DNA of 64,000 nt, taken from Planctomycetota bacterium. Lineage in GTDB: Bacteria; Planctomycetota; UBA1135; UBA2386. The translations under genes were made by a program, and so were the position numbers. The stretch covers positions 7,072,001-7,136,000 of the forward strand of contig OZ245006.1 of the NCBI GenBank assembly GCA_965223545.1, in the 5' to 3' direction. This document shows, one piece after another, positions 37,520-46,037 of this stretch. Below the pieces are notes generated by a model, which saw only the letters and a list, made by a program, of their open reading frames with translations, was not told the origin of the DNA and ran no database searches. The first letter of the stretch is position 1, and the number at the start of each line of letters is the position of its first letter.

Positions 37520-39769
37520 CTATCGGCCGGCTGGTTGACGCGAACGCGACCGGCCGAGGCCGTCATTGACCTTGGCGGAGGTCGGGTGGGCAGCGTTGTC
37601 TTCGGTGGTGGCGGGGGTCGCGGCCTCCGATCCCGCGCTGCCTTGGATCTCGGCGCGCAGCGCGGCGGCCTCGGCCTGCGCCCTTCGCGTGGGGGGCGCG
37701 TCGTCGCCGTATTGCTGGCGCAGCGCGTTGGCGACCTGCTGCAGGGCGGCCTGGGCGTCCGCGGGCTGGTCGAGCTTGCGGTAGACCCGCGCGGCGTCGC
37801 GCAAGGCGGTGAGGCGCTCGGTGGCGAGCGGACCAGCCCGGTCGCGGTGGTGGCGCGCGATGGCGCTGAACAGCTGGACCGCCCGGGTCCACTGGCCGCC
37901 GGCCTCGAGGGCGATGGCCAGCTCGCGCTGTGTCGTCAGCGCAAGCCGGCTCTCCGCGCCGAGCTCGCGGTCGCAAATCGCCAGCGCCGCCTGCAGCTCG
38001 CGCTCGGCGGCGGTGTGTTGCCCGATCGCCGTCATCACCTTGGCCAACGTCGTCGAGGCGCCGATCGCGATCGGGTTCTGTGGTGACAGCGCCCGCCGCG
38101 CGCGCGCCAGCGTCTCGCGGGCGAGCGGCCTGGCTTCCGCCGCGCGGTCCTGCTCGACCAACAGTCGGGCCAAGAAGTTGCGAGACATCAGCGTGTCCGC
38201 GTGGTGGTCGCCGAGCGCCGCGGTCCGCAGGCGGATCGCGCGCCGCAGGTGCCACTCCTCGTCGGCCGGCCGATCGAGCGTGCGGAACAGATAGGCCAGC
38301 CAGCCCGAGATCCGGCCACCGTGCTGCGGCTGGTCGGCGAAGGTGTCGTCCTCGCGGATCCGCTCGTCGACGGAGCGCAGGGCGACCAGGTCGACCCGTT
38401 CTTCCGGTGGCATGCCCGCGCTGGCGTTGGTGAACGACTCGCCGAGCAGCTGGATGACGGTCGCCGCGACGTCGGCCTCGCTCTCCGCTTGGGCGCGTTG
38501 CCACAGGACCGCGCCCAAGCCGCCGATCACGGTGGCGAACACCAGCACTCCGGCGGCGACGGCGACGCGGTGGCGTCGCACCAGGCGGCCGAGCCGGTAC
38601 ACCGCGCTCGGCGGTCCGGCGAGCACCGGCTCCAGCGCCAGATGGCGCTCGATGTCGGCGGCCAGCTCGCGCACCGTCGGGTAGCGCCGGGCGCGGTCCT
38701 TGGAGATCGCCTTGAGCACGATCCAGTCCAGGTCGCCGCGTAGCTCGCGGTGTGGGGTCGCGGGTTGGGGCGCCTCGCCGTCGGGGTCGGCGGCGAGCGC
38801 GGCGGCCCGAGCGCTCGGCCGCGGGGGCTCTTCTTCGCGCAGCGTGCGCTGGATCTCGGTGAAGCTCTTGCCGCGCAGCACGACCGGATCGAACAGCGGG
38901 GTGCCGACCAAGAGCTCGTAGAGCAGCGCACCGAGAGAGTAGATGTCGCTGCGCGTGTCGATGTCGAGGCGCCCGAGCTCGGCCTGCTCGGGGCTCATGT
39001 AGGCGGGTGTGCCGACCAGCTGTCCTTGCTCGGTGAAGCTCGTCCGCGCGCCGAGCTGTGGGCGCGTCGCCTTGGCGATGCCGAAGTCGATGATCTTGGG
39101 CACCGGGCGCTGGCCCTGCATCGTCACCAGGACGTTGGAAGGCTTGATGTCGCGGTGGATGATGCCCTTCTGGTGGGCGTGCTCGATCGCCTCGCAGACT
39201 TGGAGGAACAGGCGCAGCCGCGCCGTCGCGTCGAGGCCGCGCTGCTCGCAAAACCGCGTGATCGGCACCCCGGGCACGTACTCCATGACGAAGTACGGCC
39301 GGCCACCGGGGGTCGCGCCGGCGTCGAAGACCTTGGCGATGAAGCGGTGCTCCATCATCGCGATCGCCTGCCGTTCGGCCTCGAAGCGTTCGATGATCTG
39401 CCGCGTGTCCATCCCCGCCTTGAGCACCTTGAGGGCGACGACACGGCGGACGGGTTCGCTCTGCTCGGCCTCGCAGACCGCGCCGAAGCCGCCCTCGCCG
39501 AGCAGCCGGCGGACGGTGTAGGGGCCGAGGCGATCGCCCTTGGTCGGCAGTAGCCCGCGGTCGCCGTGTGCGCCGGCCGGCCGGCGCGGCGCGGAGCTGG
39601 GGTCCAAGAACTCGGTGATGTTGTCGTGCTCCGCCAGCAGCTCCTCGACTTCGGCGCGGACCTCGGGGCTCTCGGCGTGGGCGTCGAGGTAGGCGGCGCG
39701 CTCCTCGGGGGAGGAGTCGTAGATCTCGTGGAACAGCGCCCGTGCGCGATCGTGCTGTTCGGCGTTCAC
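37520..39769 (-). CDS. Ser/Thr protein kinase with TM helix and TPR sensor domain
   Basis: GEGGFG, HRDIKPSN, DFG and GTPAYMSPEQ, then TM and TPRs (LGDHHADTL). GTG start overlaps the ECF stop. Confidence 0.95.
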   Translation of the reverse strand: MNAEQHDRARALFHEIYDSSPEERAAYLDAHAESPEVRAEVEELLAEHDNITEFLDPSSAPRRPAGAHGDRGLLPTKGDRLGPYTVRRLLGEGGFGAVCEAEQSEPVRRVVALKVLKAGMDTRQIIERFEAERQAIAMMEHRFIAKVFDAGATPGGRPYFVMEYVPGVPITRFCEQRGLDATARLRLFLQVCEAIEHAHQKGIIHRDIKPSNVLVTMQGQRPVPKIIDFGIAKATRPQLGARTSFTEQGQLVGTPAYMSPEQAELGRLDIDTRSDIYSLGALLYELLVGTPLFDPVVLRGKSFTEIQRTLREEEPPRPSARAAALAADPDGEAPQPATPHRELRGDLDWIVLKAISKDRARRYPTVRELAADIERHLALEPVLAGPPSAVYRLGRLVRRHRVAVAAGVLVFATVIGGLGAVLWQRAQAESEADVAATVIQLLGESFTNASAGMPPEERVDLVALRSVDERIREDDTFADQPQHGGRISGWLAYLFRTLDRPADEEWHLRRAIRLRTAALGDHHADTLMSRNFLARLLVEQDRAAEARPLARETLARARRALSPQNPIAIGASTTLAKVMTAIGQHTAAERELQAALAICDRELGAESRLALTTQRELAIALEAGGQWTRAVQLFSAIARHHRDRAGPLATERLTALRDAARVYRKLDQPADAQAALQQVANALRQQYGDDAPPTRRAQAEAAALRAEIQGSAGSEAATPATTEDNAAHPTSAKVNDGLGRSRSRQPAGR

Positions 39770-40293
39770 GCCGGCCCCCGGCTCAGCTCGCGCTTGAGCC
39801 AAGCGCGGGCCATGCTCCAGTCGGCGAGCACGGTACGTCGCGACACGTGCAGCACCAGCGCGCAGTCTTCCACCGAGAGACCGCCGAAAAAGCGCAGCTC
39901 GACGACCTCGGCCTGGCGCGCGTTCAAGCTGGCCAACCGATGCAGGGCCTCGTCGAGCGCCAGGACGTCCACCGGGCGTCCCGCGTCGGGCGCGACCGCT
40001 TCGTGCAGGGTCACCGGCTGGCAGCCACCGCCGCGCCGGTCGGTGTTGCGCCGGCGGGCTTCGTCGACCAGGATGTGGCGCATCGCGCGCGCCGAAACCG
40101 CGAAGAAGTGGGTGCGGCCGGCCCACTCGCGGTCGCCCGGGCCGAGGCGCAGATAGACCTCGTGCACCACCTCGGTCGGAGCCATCGCGCCCCGCTCCTT
40201 CGGGTGGCCCAGCCGCTGGGCGGCAACCTGCCGCAGCTCGTCATAGACGAGCGGCATCCAATCGGCGGCGCGGCTGGCAGGTCCGGAGTCCAC
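39766..40293 (-). CDS. ECF sigma factor, TIGR02999-like kinase-associated type
   Basis: PLVYDELRQVA, PTEVVHEVYLRL, HFFAVSARAMRHILVDEAR, VVELRFFGGL and DWSMARAWL. Confidence 0.92.
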   Translation of the reverse strand: MDSGPASRAADWMPLVYDELRQVAAQRLGHPKERGAMAPTEVVHEVYLRLGPGDREWAGRTHFFAVSARAMRHILVDEARRRNTDRRGGGCQPVTLHEAVAPDAGRPVDVLALDEALHRLASLNARQAEVVELRFFGGLSVEDCALVLHVSRRTVLADWSMARAWLKRELSRGPA

Positions 40294-40383
40294 GGGATCG
40301 ATGCCAAGTGTAATGCAATCGCACTATCCGGTTCTGGTGGATTGCCGCTCCTTGCGCCGCGTCCTTGGCGTCGTTTTGGGGGA

Positions 40384-41592
40384 TTACCCTCGATTTGGCG
40401 CCAGGGCCGCGCTGGTGCCGAGCTGTCGTCGCAGCGCGCTCACCGCCTGCATGTGCACGGCGAACGCCTGCTGTGGCCGCGCGAACGGACTGAAGTCGCG
40501 GTGCGGGTAGCCCTCCGACCACGAGCGGGCGGTCATGTAGTACAGGTGGTCCGACGTGCCCAGCCGTCGCCAGGTCTCGAGCAGCTCGGGATCGCCGGCA
40601 GTCTGCACCGCGGGGTACAGCGCGTACAGCTGGCGGTGTGCCTCGCGCTGCATCGGATTGCCGAGCCACGCGCTCAGATCGCGGGGAGCGTCGGCCCACG
40701 AGGTCGGCTCGCGGCAGTCGAGGATGCGGCGGGCACCCGGTGCGCGGCCGGCCTCGCCAGGCGTCGCGAAGGCGAGGCCGCCGTGCGCCAGCACCGCCGC
40801 GGGGAGAGCGGCGAAGAACTCGAGGATGCCGGTGCCGGCGTCGAGGTGCTCACCCAGCGCCTCGCAGTCGAAGAACAAGCCGACGACGCCGTCGGGTGCG
40901 GCCGAGCGGGCCAACCACGTGGCGAAGGTGGGTGCGCGCAGCGGGTGCGGCGGCCAGCGCGGGTCGGCGAAGCGGAAGCCGATGTCGTCGGACAGGCGGT
41001 AGTGGCGCAGCAGCACGGTCAGCGCCCCCGCGCCGGGCGAGCGATAGCGCCCGTCCGGCGGTTGGCCCCGCAGCAACCGGTCGGCGCCCTCGGCGAGCGC
41101 GACGCGGAAGCCGGCGCCGGCGGCGGCGCGGCCGATGGCGTTGCTGTAGATCAGCTCGGTGTTGCGGAAGGTGGTCGGCCGCGCGCCGCACCAGCGGCGC
41201 AGCAGGCTGCGGTGGATGTCGAGCTGCCGCGCGAACTCCACCGGCGCCGCGACCGACGCCAGCGAATGATGCGAGGTCTCGCCGATGAGCTCGATGGCGC
41301 CGCGCTGGCACAGCGCTGCGATCGCGTCGAGGACGTCCGGTGCCCAAGCGCGCAGCTGCACGAGCGCGGTGCCGCTGATCGCCATTCCGCAGCGGAACCG
41401 GCCGTCGGTGTGCTCGAAGGCCTCGGTCAGCCGGGCGACCACCGGCCGGTAGCAGCGCTCCGCCACGCGCCGCAGGACCTCCTCGTCGGCGGCGGCGTCG
41501 AAGCAATCGACCACCGCCCCCGCGCCGGCGTGCCGCAGGCGGTGCGGTTGGTGCAACTGCAAGTAGAGAACGACGCTGGTCTCTTCGGCCAC
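40384..41592 (-). CDS. Glycoside hydrolase family 57 (alpha-amylase-like)
   Basis: LHQPHRL, ETSHHSL, FRNTEL (nucleophile Glu), LSDDIGFRF, DCEALGEH, SWAD and SDHLYYM. Confidence 0.88.
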   Translation of the reverse strand: MAEETSVVLYLQLHQPHRLRHAGAGAVVDCFDAAADEEVLRRVAERCYRPVVARLTEAFEHTDGRFRCGMAISGTALVQLRAWAPDVLDAIAALCQRGAIELIGETSHHSLASVAAPVEFARQLDIHRSLLRRWCGARPTTFRNTELIYSNAIGRAAAGAGFRVALAEGADRLLRGQPPDGRYRSPGAGALTVLLRHYRLSDDIGFRFADPRWPPHPLRAPTFATWLARSAAPDGVVGLFFDCEALGEHLDAGTGILEFFAALPAAVLAHGGLAFATPGEAGRAPGARRILDCREPTSWADAPRDLSAWLGNPMQREAHRQLYALYPAVQTAGDPELLETWRRLGTSDHLYYMTARSWSEGYPHRDFSPFARPQQAFAVHMQAVSALRRQLGTSAALAPNRG

Positions 41593-41648
41593 AGAAAGCA
41601 AGAAGGGCTGTCGCGAGGCGCGGGATCAGGCCATTCTATGAGGGCGGC

Positions 41649-42875
41649 ATGCTACCCCAAGCGCTGAAGAACACGCTGACCTTCATCCTCGCGGGCGGAC
41701 AAGGCGAGCGATTGAAGCCGCTGACCGCGCGTCGGGCAAAGCCGGCGGTGCCGTTTGGCGGTGCCTATCGCATCATCGACTTCACCCTCAGCAACTGCAT
41801 CCACTCGGGGTTGCGGCGCATCTACGTGCTCACCCAGTACCAGGCGCGCTCCCTCGAGGAGCACATCCGCTTCGGCTGGAACTTCTTGCCGCGCCGTCTG
41901 GAGCAGTTCATCAGCGTGCGGCCCCCGCACCACCTGTCCAACGACCGCTGGTACTTGGGCACTGCCGACGCCATCCACCACAACATCGACGCCATCCAAG
42001 CGGATCGACCCGAGCAGGTGCTGGTGCTCTCGGGCGATCACATCTACCGGATGAACTACGGCGCGATGCTGTCCGAGCATCTGCTGCACGGCGCGGCGCT
42101 CACGATCGGAGCCGTGGTGATCCCGGTCGAGGAGAGCCGGCGCTTCGGCGTGCTCGAGGTCGACGACGAGGGGCGCGTGGTGTCGTTCGTCGAGAAGCCC
42201 GAGCGCGGCCCGGAGATTCCGGGCAAGCCCGGCTACTGCCTGGGGTCGATGGGCATCTACATCTTCGATGCCGACGAGCTGGTGCGGCGCCTGCGCGAGG
42301 ATGCGGCGCTGGGCAGTGAGAGCAGCCACGACTTCGGCAAGGACATCATCCCGCGGATGATCCCCGAGGTCGGCGTGCGGGCGCACTTCTTCGAGGACCC
42401 TTCCGGCGGCGACGCCTACTGGCGCGACGTCGGCACCATCGACGCGTACTACGAGGCCAACCTCGACCTGTGCAGCGTCGAGCCGCTGTTCAACCTGTAC
42501 GACGCGGATTGGCCGATCTACACGCAGTGGCAGAACGACCCGCCGGCCAAGACCGTGTTCGACGAGGACGGCCGCCGGGCTTCCGTCGTCGACTCGATGC
42601 TGTGCCAGGGCGCCGTGGTGTCGGGATCGTCCGTGCGCCGCTCGATCCTGTCGCACCGAGTGTTCGTCGACGAGAGCGCAGCGGTCGAGGACTCGATCCT
42701 GTTCAAGGGTGTCGTCGTTGGCAAGGGCGCCAAGGTGCGGCGCGCGATCGTCGACAAGTGGGTGCAGATCCCCGACGGCTTCGAGATCGGCTACGACGAC
42801 GAGGCCGACCGCTCGCGCTTCGTGGTTACCGAATCGGGGATCGTCGTCGTGCCGCGCAAGTACGGCTTCGACTGA
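41649..42875 (+). CDS. glgC: Glucose-1-phosphate adenylyltransferase
   Basis: LAGGQGERLKPLT..RAKPAVPFGG, WYLGTADA, GDHIY, FVEKP, SMGIY, DFGKD and YWRDVGT. Confidence 0.96.
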   Translation: MLPQALKNTLTFILAGGQGERLKPLTARRAKPAVPFGGAYRIIDFTLSNCIHSGLRRIYVLTQYQARSLEEHIRFGWNFLPRRLEQFISVRPPHHLSNDRWYLGTADAIHHNIDAIQADRPEQVLVLSGDHIYRMNYGAMLSEHLLHGAALTIGAVVIPVEESRRFGVLEVDDEGRVVSFVEKPERGPEIPGKPGYCLGSMGIYIFDADELVRRLREDAALGSESSHDFGKDIIPRMIPEVGVRAHFFEDPSGGDAYWRDVGTIDAYYEANLDLCSVEPLFNLYDADWPIYTQWQNDPPAKTVFDEDGRRASVVDSMLCQGAVVSGSSVRRSILSHRVFVDESAAVEDSILFKGVVVGKGAKVRRAIVDKWVQIPDGFEIGYDDEADRSRFVVTESGIVVVPRKYGFD

Positions 42876-42932
42876 GGTACACTTCCTCCGCCTTCCGTCT
42901 CCGTTTGCCCGCCCCCGCCGCCTGCTTTGCCC

Positions 42933-43574
42933 ATGCCCGAACCGTCGAGCTCCGGATTCCGCGTCCAGACCGTAGTCGCTGTCGGCGCGCATCCCGACGA
43001 CGTCGAGATCGGGTGTCTGGGCACGCTCTTGAAGATGGGCCCGGACGTCGACGTGCACGTGTTCGTCGGCTGTCTCGGCACCCCGGGGGACCCGACGACC
43101 AGCGTGGCCCGCGCCGATGAGACGGTCGCCGCGTTCGAGTGCTTGTCGCCGGCGACGCTGCACGTGCGCCAGCGGCCCGGCATCACCCCCGCCGACTTCG
43201 AGAACGTGCTGCAGGAGCTGCAGGCGCTGATCGATCGCGTCAAGCCGGACCTCGTCCTGTGCCACGGTCCCAAGGACACGCATCAGGAGCACCGCCTGAT
43301 GTGGGAGATCTGCTTGGCGGCGGCGCGCCGGTGCAAGGCCAGCATCCTCCACTACGGCACGGCGAGCAGCACGGCCGACTTCAGCCCGCACGTGTTCGTC
43401 GACATCTCGGCGCACTACGAGACCAAGAAGCGCGCGCTGAAAGAGCACGTGACGCAGGCGGACAAGGACTACATGAACCCGCCACACCTCGACATCTGCC
43501 ACTCGAACACCTACGCCTCGCTGCACGGTGTGCGGTGCTCGGAGGCGTTCGAGCTGTTTCGAGCATTCCTCTGA
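42933..43574 (+). CDS. PIG-L/LmbE-family deacetylase
   Basis: AHPDDVEIG and DTHQEH metal-binding motifs; FVDIS. Confidence 0.88.
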   Translation: MPEPSSSGFRVQTVVAVGAHPDDVEIGCLGTLLKMGPDVDVHVFVGCLGTPGDPTTSVARADETVAAFECLSPATLHVRQRPGITPADFENVLQELQALIDRVKPDLVLCHGPKDTHQEHRLMWEICLAAARRCKASILHYGTASSTADFSPHVFVDISAHYETKKRALKEHVTQADKDYMNPPHLDICHSNTYASLHGVRCSEAFELFRAFL

Positions 43575-43595
43575 GAAAGCCCCCTTCTGACAATC

Positions 43596-44405
43596 ATGGC
43601 CAGAACCGATTCATCGGACACTCCCGACCGCAAGACGGTCGCCGATCATCTCTACAAGGAGCGCGGCGCGAAGGAAGCCAGCGACCGCTGCGATGCGAAC
43701 TCGAAGTACGGCGCGGTCGACCTGTGCGAAGAGATGCTGCGGCATTCGGGTATGGGCCCGGGCAGCGTGGTCTTCGACGTCGGCTGCGGCAGCGGCCAGC
43801 ACCTCGTGCGCTACGCCGAGGTGGTCGGCGCCGGCGGTAGCGCGCGCGGCTTCGATTTCTCGCCGGAGGCGGTGGAGAACACGCGCAAGCGCGGCATCGA
43901 TGCCGAGGTCGCCAGCTCGGACAAGCTGCCGGTTGGCGACGCGTCCGCCGACGTGATCACCTGCGCCTACTCGATCTACTACATGCCCGACCTCGACGCG
44001 ACCATCTCGGAGTGGGCGCGGGTGCTGCGCCCCGGCGGGAAGACGGTGATCTCGGGCCCGGCCGACGACACCAACAAGGATCTCTACGACTTCCACCGCG
44101 AAGTCACCGGTCGCGGACCGGCGGACGTCGACGTGCTCTCGCTGGGCTACGTGCAGAACCGCGTGCCCGACGCCCTGCAGAAGCACGGCTTCGCCGAGTC
44201 GCGCATCGAGATCATGACCAACCCGATCGCGTTTCCGACGGTCGACGAGTTCGTCCACTACTGGACGTCGACCAGCCTTTTCGCGCGCGGCGTCGAAGAA
44301 GACCAGCGGCAAGCGACGATCGACAAGGGGCGGCAGCTGCTGGCTACGCGCCCGGGACCGTACACCGTGACCAAGCGGGTGGCGATCGCGGTCGGCGTGC
44401 GCTGA
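43596..44405 (+). CDS. Class I SAM-dependent methyltransferase
   Basis: VFDVGCGSG, GFDFS and RVLRPGG. Confidence 0.9.
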   Translation: MARTDSSDTPDRKTVADHLYKERGAKEASDRCDANSKYGAVDLCEEMLRHSGMGPGSVVFDVGCGSGQHLVRYAEVVGAGGSARGFDFSPEAVENTRKRGIDAEVASSDKLPVGDASADVITCAYSIYYMPDLDATISEWARVLRPGGKTVISGPADDTNKDLYDFHREVTGRGPADVDVLSLGYVQNRVPDALQKHGFAESRIEIMTNPIAFPTVDEFVHYWTSTSLFARGVEEDQRQATIDKGRQLLATRPGPYTVTKRVAIAVGVR

Positions 44406-44450
44406 GCGCAAGATGCTGGCGCGGTCGTCTCGAGCGGGGCCGGGGGGCGC

Positions 44451-45629
44451 GTGCGCTTGTTGATGACCTTTCCGCTCGCGCTCGGCACGCCGGGCGGCGG
44501 CACGGTCGGCTGCCTGCGCATCGCGCGCGCGCTGGCGGCCCGCGGCGTCTCGGTTTGCGTGCTGCCGCTCACCACCCACGCCGGACTCGGCGCGCACCGG
44601 CCGCGGTGCCCCGATGATCTCGTCGGTCGCGACCGATGGGAGGAGCTGCGCGACGCCGGCGTCGAGGTGACGCCGGTCGAGCCGGCGGCGAGCTACCGCC
44701 ACGATCACCGTGTGATGCGGGTCGCGGTGGCGGCTGCCCTGCAGCGCCGTCCGGCGGCGGCGGTGGTGGGGTGGCACCACGAGTTCGCCTCGTTGCCGGC
44801 CTGGCTGCGGCGGCGCGGGGTGGCGTCCGGGGTGATCGCCGCCGGTCAGTACGAGCACCTCGCCGCCGAGCCCGTGCCGCTCCTGCCCGGCCCGGGGTGG
44901 TGGCGCCGGCGGCGCCAGCGCGCCTTGATCGCGGGGGCGATGAGCGCCGATGTCGTGCTGTCGATCTCGGCGTTCTTGGGCGGTGTGGTGCGGGCGGTGT
45001 TCGCGCTCGATCCGGCGCGGATCGCGGTCGTGCCGTGGGGGGTGGAGCCGATCTTCCAACGGCCTTCGCGCCCGGCGTCGGCGTCGGTCGAGCGGCTGTT
45101 GTTCTACGGCTCCGCGGCGCCGCGCAAGGGCATTCCCGACACGCTGGCGGCTCTCGGCGCGATCGCCGCCGCGGGCGGACCGCCGTGGCGGCTGCGGCTG
45201 GTCGCTTGGGACCGCGAGCAAACCGCCAGGTTGGCGGCCGAGCATGGAATCACCGAGCGCGTCGAGCTGCTCGAGCCGATGCCGCACGAGGCCCTGGTGC
45301 GCCAGCTCGAGTGGGCGCAGCTGGCGATCCTGCCCTCGACCTACGAGTCCTTCGGTCTGGCCTGCGCCGAGTGCCAGGCGGCGGGCTTGCCGGTGATCGC
45401 CTACGACGTCGGCGGCGTCGGCGAGGTGGTCGCCGACGGAGAGTCCGGCTGGCTGGTGCCGGTGGGCGATCGCGCCGCGCTGCGCGGCGCGATCGAAGCC
45501 GCGCTGGCGGATCCCGGCGAAGTCGCGCGGCGCGGCGCCGCGGGTGCGGCGCGCGCGCGTGCGTTCACTTGGGAGCGGACCGCGGAGTTGATCGTCGAGC
45601 GGCTCGACGCCGTTCGCGGTCGTGGCTGA
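44451..45629 (+). CDS. Glycosyltransferase family 4
   Basis: RKG, PSTYESFGLACAECQAAGLPVI and FTWERTA. Confidence 0.9.
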   Translation: MRLLMTFPLALGTPGGGTVGCLRIARALAARGVSVCVLPLTTHAGLGAHRPRCPDDLVGRDRWEELRDAGVEVTPVEPAASYRHDHRVMRVAVAAALQRRPAAAVVGWHHEFASLPAWLRRRGVASGVIAAGQYEHLAAEPVPLLPGPGWWRRRRQRALIAGAMSADVVLSISAFLGGVVRAVFALDPARIAVVPWGVEPIFQRPSRPASASVERLLFYGSAAPRKGIPDTLAALGAIAAAGGPPWRLRLVAWDREQTARLAAEHGITERVELLEPMPHEALVRQLEWAQLAILPSTYESFGLACAECQAAGLPVIAYDVGGVGEVVADGESGWLVPVGDRAALRGAIEAALADPGEVARRGAAGAARARAFTWERTAELIVERLDAVRGRG

Positions 45630-45665
45630 CGGACTCTACCCTCGCGAAACCCGGAGGCTTTGCCA

Positions 45666-46007
45666 GTGATCAACGGTGCCCACATCATCCTCTACAGCAA
45701 GGACCCCGAGGCCGACCGCGCGTTCGTGCGCGATGTGTTGGGGCTCGACCACGTCGACGTCGGCGGCGGTTGGCTGATCTTCGCCTTGCCCCCGTCCGAA
45801 GTCGCGGTGCACCCGTCCGAGAAGAACGACGTGCACGAGCTCTACTTCATGTGTGCATCGGTGACCGAGTTCATCGCGAAGATGGGCGAGAAGGGCGTCG
45901 CCTGCGGCCCGATCCAGCAGCAGCCGTGGGGCGCGCTCACCACGATCACCCTGCCGGGCGGCGGCGAGATCGGTGTGTACGAGCCGCGCCACGAACGACC
46001 GTCTTGA
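45666..46007 (+). CDS. VOC/glyoxalase-family protein
   Basis: GAHIILYS.D.EADRAFVRDVLG and QPWG...LPGGGEIGVYEPRH; GGAGG SD. Confidence 0.85.
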   Translation: MINGAHIILYSKDPEADRAFVRDVLGLDHVDVGGGWLIFALPPSEVAVHPSEKNDVHELYFMCASVTEFIAKMGEKGVACGPIQQQPWGALTTITLPGGGEIGVYEPRHERPS

Positions 46008-46037
46008 CGAGGGACGATCGGGTCACCCGACGTTTCG

